Positions 1-12,250 of a stretch of 64,000 bases of DNA are shown here, piece by piece. The notes under the pieces are model-generated. The model ran no database searches, had not been told where the DNA came from, and was given only the letters and a program-made list of their open reading frames with translations. The position numbers were made by a program, and so were the translations under genes. The stretch's first letter is position 1. Each line of letters opens with the position of its first letter. This stretch comes from Camelus dromedarius (taxonomy: Eukaryota): assembly GCF_036321535.1 (NCBI RefSeq), contig NC_087437.1, positions 62,250,001-62,314,000 on the forward strand. Direction: 5' to 3'.

Positions 1-836
1 AAAAATTCAAAATGGGCATAAGTTTTAAATGGATTTCAGCAGAGAACATATATGGATAACAAATAGGCACATGAAAAAATGCTCAATGTGATTAGTCATT
101 AAGAAATGCAAATTAAAACCACAATATAATATTACTACACATCTGTTAGAGTGATTAAAATGAAAAATACTGATCATGCCAAGTGCTGACAAGGATGTGG
201 AGCAGCTAGAACTATCATGTACAGCTGGTGAGATTGTGAAAATAGTACTATCACTTGGTGAAACAGTTGGGCAGTCTATTAAAAAGTTAAACTTATACCT
301 TCTGTATGAACTAGCCACTGTACTCTTAGGTATCTGTCCAAGAGAATTGAAAGCATATGGTCATACAAAAATGTGTACATGAATATTCATAGCAGCTTTA
401 TTTGCAATAGTCAAAAACTGGAAACAATCCAAATGTCCATCAACAGGTGACTCTAAAAATAAATTATACTATAGCCATACAATGGAATACTATTTAGCAA
501 TGAAAAGAATGGACTATTGATACACACAATAACATGGATGAATCTCAAAACAACTATGCTGAGTGAAAGAAACCAGATTTAAAGTACATAATGTAATATT
601 TTATGCATATACATGTACAGTTAGTAAAAATGCAAACTAATCTATAATGACATCATTACCAGCAGTTGCCTTTGGATGAGGGTGGGTGTGTGGATGCATG
701 GAAGGGAGGTCTTATGAAGTGGCTTGAAACAGCTTTTGGAGGTGGTGGATACGTTCATGATCTTGCTTGTAGTGATGGTTTTACAACGTATACGTATGTC
801 AACACTCACCATTGTACACTTTAAATGCATGTTGCT
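1..836 (+). mobile_element. Old L1 (L1M-type) fragment: ORF2 C-terminus and 3' UTR, interrupted by an LTR; tail resumes at about 1391-1440
   Basis: Typical L1 motifs (aaatgcaaattaaaaccaca, gacaaggatgtggagcagctagaact, ggaaacaatccaaatgtccatcaacaggtga). The L1 terminus (tttattg...cctcaataa...A-tail) appears after the LTR. Confidence 0.85.
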
Positions 837-1390
837 TGTTCCAAAAATGTACCTGGGACTTGTATTAATCAGATATTGTAAGACACACAGGCACAGACAT
901 GACTGTCATGAAGATGGAAGTCTACACTCACAGAGCCCTAGGAACAGGAGGCATGCATACCATGCAGAGCCACGTGGGGGAGGACCAAGGTTGCTCAGGA
1001 GGCAGAAAAGGAAGAGGGGAGAGCATGGCCCAGAGCCTTTATTAGGGTTTTAATGGGAAGCAATGGGCAAGGCCTGTAGGCAGCTGAGTAAGTTTAGGAT
1101 TGGATTGTTAGAGTAATTTCAGGGGGCTCTAGGTTATAGGGGTGGTCTCTGTTGTACTAGTTGTCTTGTATTTAGCCCTGGGATGATTTAAGGCAGGGGA
1201 ATATTGGCTTGATGTATCAGTTTGATGAAGGGGACGGTTGTGAGTGTGAGCCTGGATCGGTTGGTTTGTTTATTAAGGGTGTGCTCATAGGGGAGTTGTT
1301 TGCCATCTCTAGTAATTAACACCTCTAGGATCAAGACCCCAAATGCCAGAGCATCAGGAATAAAGAAAGGAAGGACATATTATTAATACT
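837..1390 (-). mobile_element. Solo LTR, ERVL class (MER73/MER74-like)
   Basis: The reverse complement reads (a)gtattaata...attcctgatgctctggcatttgggg...aataaaggctctgggcc...gtacatttttggaaca, matching the recalled MER73/74 consensus. Confidence 0.7.
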
Positions 1391-2913
1391 CTGTTTATTG
1401 CAGGCCAGTTATTCCTCAATAATAAGCCTGTTAAAAAAAATACATTTGAGAGCCCTTGTCACCAAAATTCTGCAATGCCCCAATTTAAACTAAAGCAGTT
1501 ACATAGTTTCAAGTCCTAACTAAATCAGATGTACTATAACAATCCAGGCAAACTGGAAAAAAAAATCTTCTGAATTAGAGTAGTCTGAAGTATATTTTTG
1601 AAAGAAGTGCACTTCAAACACTTAAATCACATGCACATGAAAAATAATGCTTTACAAAGTCATGCTAAGAAGGGTCCTTATATCAGCTAATTTAATGGAT
1701 AGAATATAGTTTAATTAGCATAGTGATTGTATCAGTGATTTCTTCTGAAATTTCTTAGAAGTTAGTTTGATCTTAAGAAATTTAAATATTTCCCAGAAAT
1801 CTATTCACAGGCAAGTATGACATCAAATTTCAGGCCAATTTTTTCATCTAAAATTTAGCCAATTTAGAATCTAAATGATGACAAATAAGTAGGACCAGTT
1901 AATAAAATGTTTATGTTTAGTTTCTTCCTTCAGACAATGTCAAAATATTTTAGGAGAATTCTCTTTCCAATTGCAGATATTAATGCAAATCTAAAATTTA
2001 TCCTCCCTTTAACCGTAAGGACCCTAAATGAGACTGTAAATACATGTTATCAGCTGCATACCGTTGACATTAACCCAGATTCTAACATAAGCCTCTTAAA
2101 ATAAGGCTCACTTCCTGGTCATGTATTGAACATGATCTAATTAACCAATTTTCAACCAGCCATTTATATATAAATATATTATCTGGTGGAGCATGTACAT
2201 ATAAGTGAGTACAAGGAAGCATTTTATAAGACTGCATTTGATTTAATTTCCTAAAGTTATATATAATTCATTATGTGAGATTTTAAAAACCCATACCAAA
2301 AGAGAAAAGTTTTTTTTTTAAAAAAAGTTGATAAACCCTATTCTAATCAGGGTGTCTGACGTCAGGATATTTGGTCAGCATCAACAACAATCTCACTTCA
2401 GATGTCAGTTCTAGCATTTCTACACGCTGAGCTATTTGATTCACTTAACATGTGTAGGAAATTTCATAAGTGCCAGATCCTATGGGTGTCGTATTGTGAG
2501 TGTTACCGATGAAAAAAAATGCATTTCCTGTCCTCGAAGAGAATATGGTCTAGCAGGGGACTTTATAGTATGTATTTGACACAAATCAGCTTGAATCTAA
2601 GGAAAAAAGATTATCAAAATTGGAACAAAGAAAAGAAAAGGAAAGAAAAATTCCTAAGACTGAAGTGAACAGGTCCTCTGCTTTTTTCTCTACAAAACAT
2701 TTCTGGAGTTCAGAAATAAATTTTGGGAAACTATGTTATGGGTACGAAGTCCTTAGCAGGTTGATGTCAGAGAGCATTACAATGAATATTGTTTGGTTAG
2801 TTAGACTGAAGAAGTAAAAAAAAAATGTTTGTGCCATTCTGTGTGTGTGTCAGGGGATTCTAGATGCATACGTAGATCCTTCATAAATATTTATGTATAT
2901 GTCTTCCCTGCAG

Positions 2914-2974
2914 GTTTAGCCTCCAACTTCAGCCTTTTCAGATGGATGAAGTCTCTTCTGATCCCCTCTTGCAG
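2914..2974 (+). CDS. SLC12A8: SLC12A8 penultimate coding exon (61 nt; GLASNFSLFRWMKSLLIPSCR)
   Basis: Acceptor ttccctgcag at 2904-2913 and donor gtctgt at 2975. The peptide matches recalled human [21 protein letters not shown] and splices in frame to the exon at 6232. Confidence 0.9.
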
Positions 2975-3796
2975 GTCTGTGCCAATCTGGGGCCAGGACC
3001 AGGGCAGATGCGTGTCCCGGGGCCCTGGAAGGTGCTAAGGGTGTCTCGTTCCTAGCTGGGCTTGGGTGAATTGTGGCGTGAACACCTGACCATTGAGAAC
3101 CTCCAGGACACTCAGTCTGCTCCCCACTGCTCTCCACCACCTAGGCCCCTGTCCTCAGCCCATCAGAAGCTTCCTCTGGCCCATGTCCTTCTCCCTTCTT
3201 ATCCTCAGGAATCATGAACAGAGGCTTTATTTAGCATCTGACTGCTGAGTGATATAAGTCAAGAGAGCTACCCTCGGTGAGTTCACAGTCAAAGACATAC
3301 TAGCATGAATACTTACTTATACCTAAGATCAGGGCCCAGAGAACTCCCATCCTCCTTCTCAGCTCAGACGTAGTCAACATGCCTGTACTGGGGAGAGTGC
3401 CGAGGCCAAGTACAGTAACAGCATAGCGATCCTGGAGGAGTTCCGAGGGACCCCTATGTTCAAATACCCAAGAAAAGGGAAGAACCAACAACCCTCCTGA
3501 GAAACAGGAGAAGGCCTCACTGCCAATGCTTCCTCACCTTTGAAGGCCTCATGACTCTGAAAAATTACTTCCCTCCCCTTTTAGTATCAGTGAGGAGCCA
3601 AAGCTGCAGGCTGGGAAAACCCAGGCAGAACCCAACCAAGTGTTTATTTGGTTTCATTTTGTTGGTTTGGTTTTGAAACGCTAGATGTCTGGGTTGTACT
3701 TGCCAGTATTTCCACCTTCCATGCCTAGGCATTGCTAATGGGTTTTGGGACCCTTTCCCATTGATCCCTGATGTAAGTTCGGAACTTTTACCCATT

Positions 3797-3990
3797 GTTT
3801 TTATTGTGGTAAAATACACATACCACAAAATTGATCATCTTCACCATTTTAAAGTGGACAGTTCAGTGGTGTTAAGTACATCCATCCTGTAGTGCCACCA
3901 TCACCACCGCGCAGCTCCAGAACGCTTCATCCTGCAAAATGGAAACTCTATACCCGTTGAGGAGTAACTCCCCATTCTTCCTTCCCAAGA
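3797..3990 (-). mobile_element. L1MB-like 3' end fragment
   Basis: tttttattgtggtaaaatacacataccacaaaattgatcatcttcaccattttaaagtggacagttcagtgg is an antisense L1 3' terminus. Confidence 0.8.
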
Positions 3991-6231
3991 ATCCTTTTTA
4001 AGACAGTTCTTTATAAGCACTGCCAGTTGGTTCAAACTGGCACTAGAAATGAAGCCTCGATGCCAGAGCCTAGAATGATGAAGGAAGGGGAAGGGGGGCT
4101 GTGGAAAGCAACAAGGAGAGGGCTGGTGGAGAGGTGGTATACAGGGGGGTTCCTGGCCCTCTGCTTGGAAGCTGAGCTAACCGTCCTGTGTGGAGTGGTA
4201 GGAGGGGCGGGTCACCTCTCTGCCTCTCTTCTAGGCTGAGGGACCAGGTCGGGTGACTCAGGTCACAACACATCTGCACCCACCGCTTCCCCCAGCCTCC
4301 TGGTCTGAGGGAGTGGAGTTTCACGGGAAGTAGATTCTGTGTGGAAGCTGCCTGCCGATGCTGGGCTGCAGGTGGTGTGTGATTGAGACTATTTGGTCTT
4401 ACCCAACTTACACGAATATTTTTAGGCATCTCTGCTTTTAAAGCCCACAAAGGGCCATGGGAGGCCGCTACTCCTTGTCTTGCACTCTGAATTTCACCTC
4501 TGAGGGCACCATAGTGCTATGCAGAAAGAAGAATGTATTGGGACGAGATTATTCTTAGACCAGAACAGTGCTTTGGTTGGGAAAGAGCCTGGTCCACACT
4601 GTTCACGGCTCTGTGGGCTTGCGGAGGGGCGGCGGGGACCTCAGCTGAGACTCAGCATCAAACGTGCTGCCTCACCATGGCTACCAAGCCACATTTTGTG
4701 GCGGTTATTCAGTGAAAGGACCAGGAAGTGGTGATCCATTTAAAACCAGAAATGGGTAGCCATGTTTTCTATTTTGTCATCTTGAATTTTTTCCACAACT
4801 AGAGCTCCACATGCTCTTCAAAACCAAAGGACAATAATATGGTAGGGTGTTTGGGGCAAAGGAATTTGGCTATGTTACCTCCTCTGTTACACCTGCAGTT
4901 CCCAGAATCATGTGAAATTAAGCCTGACCATAAGAAGGCTTTCTTTCCTGAAGTCCTAGCAACTGCCCAGGTGAGAATTCCTAGGCCATTCTAGACTAAC
5001 AAGTGAAGTGTATTATATCCCTGAACTCGGAAGAATACAATGGTTTTACCTTGGGAAAAAAAAATATTGGTGAGAAAATAATTCATTGGCAAAAACACAC
5101 GTTGGCTGGGATGGCATTTCTGTCACTTCCTAACCTTACTTCTTGAAGATTCAACTTTACAAAAGTTAATTCATGTCTCAGAAAACCTCAGCTCATCTAA
5201 CTTAGATGTGCTGTCATCAAGTACTGCAAAGCCTGAGTCCTGTGATCTGAACTCCTGTAACAGCACTTTTTTTTTTTTTTTGGTCAGTTGAAGCTTTCTG
5301 CTTGAATTCCATAGATTCATACCAAGTTTTCTACGGCTTTTTACCACTATCAAATATATTCCTCATCTAAACAATAGAACGTTACTCCTCATAAAGTAGA
5401 TGGTTCTTTTAAGGTAAAATTTTAAGAGGAAATCTGTGCCTAAGGTGTGATTTCAGGACCTGATGTAGACTGTGGGAACTAGAAGGGACCTGGGGAAATG
5501 AGAAAACAGAGGAACAAGGAGGCGAAGAGGTTCCCCCCGCCCCCGAGGCCACCAGGCTGACTGGCGGCGAAGCTGTGACTGTCTTCTGTGGATACCCTGC
5601 TGGCCGGGCTGACCTTTCCTTACTCCCTCTGCTGCCAGCACTTTCCCTCACGTATCCCTAACATTTTTCTTTACCAGTTGATTCCGACGCCAACGCTATG
5701 TAAACACTTCAGTGACAATAGAATCCAAATCAGAACTTGCTCGTTGTCTTCAAGCCAACTTGGTGCCAAAAGCCTTTGCACTTGATCTCATAGCTGCTTG
5801 CTCTGTAAACCTTAGCTCTGGAGATCGATCCTCATTCAACTTTCTTTCCAGTGAGCCAAAGGGAAGGTTTCTCTTTCTCTTCCATTTTCCAGCCTCTCCA
5901 TTCCATTATTTCATTTGACAAGAAGATCCAAGTAAAGCTATAGAGCCCCGACACGACAGCATTTGGAAGGTTATTTTTGCACTGTTTTATACCTTTCTAC
6001 TAACAGAAGGTGAATGTCACACTCCCTCTTTGTTTGATTCTTATTTCTCATACTTTGGGTTCATTAAGTGTCTTCCATATAGCTTTCAGCAGTTATGGTG
6101 TTTAAATGCACATTAAGTAATAAGCACAATGACCTTCCGCGAATAATTTCTCCGTCCCAGAGGAGACTTACTGCCACTGTTGAGCACATGGTCTTTCCTT
6201 CTGACCGTCCTCCGTGTTTCTCTCACCAAAG

Positions 6232-6394
6232 GACCTTGCGATCCCCACAAGAGCAGATAGTTTTGGCACCATCCCTGGCTAGGGTTGACATGGAGATGAC
6301 TCAGCTCACCCTGGAGAACACAGACTTCGCCACCCGGGATCGCTACCACCACTCCTCCTTTGTGAGTCGGGAACAGCTGATGCCGCGGTACTAG
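6232..6394 (+). CDS. SLC12A8: SLC12A8 last coding exon ([54 protein letters not shown])
   Basis: Polypyrimidine tract plus aag acceptor ending at 6231, TAG at 6392-6394. Near identical to the recalled human SLC12A8 C-terminus. The order SLC12A8-HEG1 matches known synteny. Confidence 0.95.
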
Positions 6395-6689
6395 AGTACT
6401 GAGTCCTTCTGGGACCCTCCCCTCCTGGAGCTGTCCAGGGCACAGTGGACTCCAACCCAAGAACCTCTGTGGAGCTGGTTCTCCTGGTAAGATACTCAAA
6501 GATCTGTCCTCTCACTGCCATTCTGGACGATGGAAATATGGATTCTGGTTGGGAGCATCACGTCTAACCAGAGTACCCACTGCAATGGCAGTGGCGCCTG
6601 AAACATGTGTCTGATCTTAAGAGCTCCCTGTGGACACCAAGACTTGCAGGTGTGGAGAACCAGACCAGATTGCTTGTTCTGAGGGCCAC

Positions 6690-6695
6690 AATAAA
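6690..6695 (+). terminator. SLC12A8: Candidate proximal polyadenylation signal (AATAAA) of SLC12A8
   Basis: AATAAA about 300 nt after the stop codon, followed by a T/GT-rich stretch. A distal ATTAAA lies at 7265-7270. Confidence 0.45.
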
Positions 6696-6704
6696 TGGTT
6701 ATTT

Positions 6705-7240
6705 TAAGTGTTATTTTATTATTTATTCTTTGAGTAAATAATAGGCTTGCATAGTTCCAAACACCAAAGAATAGTCATATATATAGTGAAAAGTCTTCCT
6801 TCCATCCTTGTTCCCCACCTGTCCAGTTCCCATCCCCTGCCCCAGAGATAACCACCGTTCTTAGAAATATTCCTTGCATTTCTTTATGAATATACAAGCA
6901 AAAAGGAATGTAGATTTTTATGACCCCCTTTCATACACAAAAGGTAGCATATGACAACATGTGTTCTCCACCTTGCTTTTCCCCTTAACCGTCTATCGTG
7001 GAGACATTTCCATATCAATACACACGCAGTCTCCTCATTATTTTTCATTGTCTGAATGTGCTATAATTTATTTCAGCAGTTCTGCAATAATGGCATTTGG
7101 ATCGTTTCCAGTCTTTTGCTATTACAATCAGTTGTGCAGTGAATAATCGTGTTCATATGTACAAACATAAGGAATATCTGTAGGATAAACTCCCAAAAGT
7201 GGAATTGCAAGATCAAAGGGCACACGCATTTGTAAGCTAT
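6705..7240 (-). mobile_element. Old L1ME-like fragment within or next to the SLC12A8 3' UTR
   Basis: Antisense L1 motifs: ttggatcgtttccagtcttttgctattacaatca, ggataaactcccaaaagtggaattgcaagatcaaaggg. Confidence 0.7.
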
Positions 7241-7561
7241 TATTGTTTCGTCAAGGTCTTTTTGATTAAAAAGTTAAATTACCATGAATTACTTAATGCT
7301 GACTCATGTTCTCCAAACCATGTGTGGTGCCCTGCGCTCTGGACACCTTTGCAGCCGTTTTGCAGAATGAACACATGAGGGGACAGGACTATTTTGGTTC
7401 TTCTATAAGCTCAGCGTGGCCATCATCACAGGCATCCAGTCTGGGGGCCATGGCAGTGGCCGCCCCGGCATGAGTTCAGCACATAGCCCAGTGTCACTGG
7501 TTTTACCTCTGAGCCCTGGAGGGAATTCCTATTTAGTCAGTTCTGACCCCTTTCTTCTGTC

Positions 7562-7727
7562 ATAGAGGTTCTCAAAGTCAGTGGGCTAAGAAACCTGGGA
7601 TGCTTGATTTCTGCACCTTGATCCTGGAGATGAGCTTGGGGGCGAGTCCAGGATGGTACATTTTTGATGAGTGCCTCAGGTGATTCAACGCAGGCGACCC
7701 TTGGATCCCATTTTGAGAAACGCTGAC
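7562..7727. mobile_element. MER5-like hAT-Charlie MITE
   Basis: Ends agaggttctcaaagt ... tttgagaaacgctg, with internal ctcaggtgattc. Confidence 0.65.
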
Positions 7728-8031
7728 CTGTTGGATGAAACAAGCTTAAAGCGAGTTGGGGGTGGGAATGTCATGAGGGGCCAGTTATATCTCAACATCC
7801 TCTCCTAAACAAATGAGATCTGGTTTATGGTTACTGTTCACAGTGAGATCTAGTTTATAATTATTGTTCATGTACCTTTGGGGTTAAATACCAGACTTCC
7901 AACCATCATTAGAAACTGTGTAAAGAAAGCAAAGACCACGTTAGCTACAAGCACGTGAGAAATCATAAAAAGCCAGACTGTATTCATAAAAGGCTGAGTT
8001 GGTGATCTCTGAAGGCCCTTTTAAAGAAGCT

Positions 8032-8538
8032 GCACTAGTTTCCTGTGGCTGCTCTAACAAATTACACAAACTGAGTAGCTTAAGTCAACAGAAATTTGTT
8101 CTCTCACAGTTCTGGAAACCAGATGTCCAAAATCAGTATCACTGAGCTGAAATCAAGGTGTTAGCAGGACTGTGATCCTTCCAGAGGCTCCTGTGGAGAA
8201 TTTGGTCCTTGCCTGTTCCAGCTTCTAGTGGCTGCTGCCATTCTTTGACTTGTGGCCTCATCACGCCCATCTTTAAGAACAACATTCTCAAATCTCTGTC
8301 TACCCAATGTGACCACACTGCCTTCTCCTGTGTGCATGTGAAGTGGGCCTCTGCCTCCCTCTTATAAGGATACATGTGACTGCATTTAGGGTCCACCTAG
8401 ATAATCAAGGATAATCTTCTCAGCTCAGGAGCCTTACCTTAATCACACCTGCAAAGGCCTTGGCAAATGAGGAAACATTCACAGGTAACAAGGATTGATG
8501 TGAGTATCTCTGGGGGCACCATTTTTCAGCCTGCCACG
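8032..8538 (-). mobile_element. MLT1 (MaLR) solo LTR
   Basis: tgcactagtttcctgtggctgctctaacaaatta...ctctcacagttctggaa...ccttaatcacacctgcaaag...cagcctgccac. Confidence 0.85.
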
Positions 8539-8884
8539 GAAGCCTTTACTGATTCTGCTTTTTACTTTTTTGAATTCTGCATAACAAGCTGAAAGAGTAT
8601 CTCTAAAAGAGGTGGTCCTGGGTTTGAAAACCACATACCGCTGAAGATTCAAGTATCCAAGATGAGAACTTTCCCAATACGATGAATTTTATGGAAAAGA
8701 ATAAGAGAAGAATGGGTATGATAAAGAATTCCTGCATTCTACTCGCTGCTGGGGATACCAACACGAATAGCTCACAGTCTAGTGTGGGAGGCAGATGCTA
8801 AACACACTGAACCTCTAATTAGATCCAAATATCTTGTGTTTGACCAATCCTCTACTATATAAGTAGTAATAGTAATCAGAAAAG

Positions 8885-9420
8885 CAGGAATCGAGTCTTA
8901 GCCTGGGCCCCCAGAAAGCAGAGGCAGATGTGCTTTTGCTTTACTGGGGGGCACAGCCAGGAGGAGTGAGAGAAAAGAGTGGAAATGGAAGGAGGCATGG
9001 CACTGGGTTAGTGACCCTTTAGTATTGTGTACAACTGCGCTCTTAGTCTCAGAGGACACTTCTGGGAGACCATAGGAACATCTGTGTCTCGTGACCCCCT
9101 TGCAGAGGGAGGAAAGGGTGAGAATTCATCCACTGGTTCCTCAGAGTCAAAGGCTAGCCATGAGGGGCGTTAAGCCTCCCTGCACTTATGATGTGAACTT
9201 GTGTGAGTACCTAGCAAGTTCTGCAGCAAGCAGCTGCCTTGTGGGCATGAGGTGCTATTGGGTTTGTGTGCATGAAATTGCTGGGAGCCCCACAGAACTG
9301 ACTGCTGCAGTGATGGCTGAGATGGACCCGCCTCAGCCCCAGAATCAGGTGGGGCAGAGAGGATCTGAGGTGGCACATAGGAGGTGTTGTATCCAGTCCG
9401 TGTATGACAGAGGTCTGCAG
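8885..9420. mobile_element. Degenerate ERVL LTR (LTR33/LTR16-like)
   Basis: Weak resemblance only (gcctgggcccccagaaagcagagg). Confidence 0.35.
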
Positions 9421-9694
9421 TAAGTTCAGGTTGCCAGAAGGGTGAGACACAGATGACACTAGATCTTCCAGACAGCGTTGACTTATCTAAAGAATGCTAA
9501 AAATGTCAGCACAGTCAGGATATATGGCAGTGAGAGTAGCAACATTCTCTTAAACAGACAAAGGGGCAGATTCCTAGACTAAAGGTTTCACCGAAGAATG
9601 CACAGTTGTAGTAAGAAGGTCTGAATGAGTGAGGGTCATATCAGATCTTCTGGGACTGTGAATGTCTCCCTTCAGGCCACACTCTGCCAGTTTA

Positions 9695-9826
9695 TCCATC
9701 TGATGATCCATCCATCCACCCATCCATCTAACCATCCACCCACTCATCCATTGACCCATCATTCACCCACCCATCCACCCAGCCACTGACCCACCCATTG
9801 GTCTACCCATCCACCCACCCATCCAT
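9695..9826. repeat. Degenerate (CCAT)n microsatellite
   Basis: ccatccatccacccatccatc... units are directly visible. Confidence 0.9.
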
Positions 9827-11279
9827 GGCTCAAGCAACTGTACACATGCCTGAGACCACCTCACCTGAGTCAAGCACACCTCACCAATCTCAGAGCTTTA
9901 TAATGTAAAAATAGGATCATAGGCCATTCAGGCAGAGATGAACTAACTCCTTAGTCACCACCCTCAAACTTTCAGGGTGAGTCCTGCCCAGTTCTAGACC
10001 AGTCTTGAACTCAGGACTGGGATCCAGAACAGGAGTCATTCTCTCAGATGCCTCTGGGAGTCCTTCTCTTAAGTCCTCTGACCTACACCACAGGGTGCAT
10101 CCTGCACGTACAGTTATAAGTCAGTGTGGACATTTGAGGTTTAGGATTTTGCCTTCCTTCCTCCCCTCTAGGTTTCTGATGGAAGGCGTAAATTTAAGGA
10201 TGGGAAACACAGTGCCAGTTTATGTATTAATACCTTCACAAGGGTACAAGAACAGTAGCGGAGGATGCAGCTGAGGTCAGAAGGTTGAAACAAGGCCTGT
10301 AGTGTCTAACTTTCTTCCTCTTGAATCTGAGAGTCCACTTCTCTCAAAGACCCTTGGATGAGGGTCTGGAATCGAGAGAATGACCAGCTGGCCTCATCAC
10401 CCATTAACACATGGGCATAGATGGTACAGTGATCACCCATTACCTTTCAGCTCCTGGGCCTGCCCGCCAGTGAACTGTGGCACCAGCTCTGACCAGTCAG
10501 ACCAGCCTCCCTGCTCCCATGGGGAGGAGCTAATACTGACTGATGGGCTGGTGGTGGGAATAGCTGTGTTCCCTCTCCTCTGCTGTGGTGGGAGGGAGCT
10601 TGGGTGGTGGCTCCACCCTCTTCATGGAGAAGGAAGGTGAGGAGAGCTAAAGGACCCAAGTAGCAGTGAGAACAGACACGGGGTCTGCTCTAGAGAAGCT
10701 CTAAGCCATTCTGACAGTAGGCAGGGAGGTGGAGGGCTCCCTGGAGGAGGAGATATCTGACCTGCGTTCACGTACTTAGAGGGGGAGAGGGGAGAGGCAG
10801 GGCATTCCCACCAGAGGGGACAGCATGATCAAACATGTATGGGGGCTGAAGGGTGATTCAGGGTTTCAGGGGTGTTGGCGTGAGGCAGTGCCAGGCAAGA
10901 GAAGTCCTGGAAAGGCAGGCAAAGGCCAGGTCCGGAAAGGGCTTGTACCACACCGTGTGTGCATCATCTAGGCTCAGGAACAGTCCAGCTTCAGATCTGC
11001 TCTTTCCCTGACACTGTGTTGCTGTTTCTGCTCTCCTACACTGGGGAGGGGAGAGAGGTCCGGTGTGGGGGGTGGCCCTCCTGAGGTCAGAGCACGTGGG
11101 AGGAAAGGCTGAGGAAGCATCCTTGAACTTGGCAGGGGCAGGCACCGGTCACCGGAGGTTCATAGAGCCCCCATGGCATGCTGAGAACTAACTGTCCCAG
11201 TGCCTGGTGGGTTTGGTTTGTCGGGTGGTAGGGGGTGAGGTGGAGATAGGAATAAAACAATTAGAACATGCAGTCCTGA

Positions 11280-11770
11280 TGGATTACATTCCTATTGCTG
11301 CTGTAGCAAATTACCCCCAGTTTAGTGGCTTACAACAACATAAATGTACTCTCTCACAGTTCTAGAGGTCAGAAGTCTGAAATGGGTCTCACAGGACAAA
11401 AAAATCAAGGCATTGGCAGGGCTGGGTTCCTTACGGAAGGTCTAGGGGAGAATCCATTTCCTAGCTTTTTCCAGCTTCTAGCGCCTGCCTGTGTTTCTTG
11501 GTGGTTGCCCCTTCCATCTTCGAAGCCAGTGGTCCGCAATCCCACTTACTCTGATCTCTGCTTCTGTCATCACATCTTCTCTAACTCTCCTGCCTCCCTC
11601 TCTGCTTTTAAGGACCCATGTGATTGGGTTGGGCCCCCCTGGATAATCCAGCATAATCTCCCCATCTCAAGATCCTTAATTTAATCACACCACCAAAGTT
11701 CCCATATACGTAACTATTTCCCAGTTTCTGAGGATTAGGACTTGACCATCTTTGTGGGGTGGGAAGCAGG
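11280..11770 (-). mobile_element. MLT1 (MaLR) solo LTR
   Basis: ttcctattgctgctgtagcaaattacccc...ctcacagttctagaggtcagaagtctgaaatggg...atccttaatttaatcaca. Confidence 0.85.
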
Positions 11771-12139
11771 GGAGACACTGGAGGTGCACAGGGAAAGGGC
11801 TGGAGCAGAGCTACACAGTAGCACAGCATCCAGCCAAACGATATGCTGCAAGTTGAGTTCACCAGTACTGGGGAGACACCAAGTGAGGAAGAAATCCAGA
11901 GGACTTCTTGGAGGAAGTGAGTTTCGAACCAGGTTGGTCAGAGGATATGGGAAGTCTTGTGAACCTAGGGAATAAGGTGAACAAAGACAACACAGAAGGA
12001 TCAAAGCAAGAGAATGTAGATCTTAACTGCTTCCTACCTTTGATCTTTAAGTGGGCTCATCTGAGGGGGAGGGGGTGGTATAGTTGCAAATTCATGGGAA
12101 TGGGGGAAGAAAATCTGTTTGAACCCTGTCTCCACCACA

Positions 12140-12250
12140 TGGGGTAGGCTTCTTAACCTCTCTGCACCTTGATTTCCTTCTCTGTAAAATGGGAATTATA
12201 ATTCCTGCCTGCCTCCAAGTGGAGTTGTGAGTACTAAGCCAAACAAGACA
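12140..12250 (+). mobile_element. MIR SINE fragment
   Basis: ttaacctctctgcaccttgatttccttctctgtaaaatgggaattataat (MIR core). Confidence 0.7.

Noticed and set aside
25..382. ORFs resembling L1 ORF2 or hypothetical proteins (also 16012-16251)
   Set aside because: Decayed L1 fragments, not functional genes.
1440..2340. AT-rich intronic stretch, possibly an ancient element or retrocopied UTR
   Set aside because: No ORF, TSD, terminal repeats or recognisable consensus; cannot be supported without a search.
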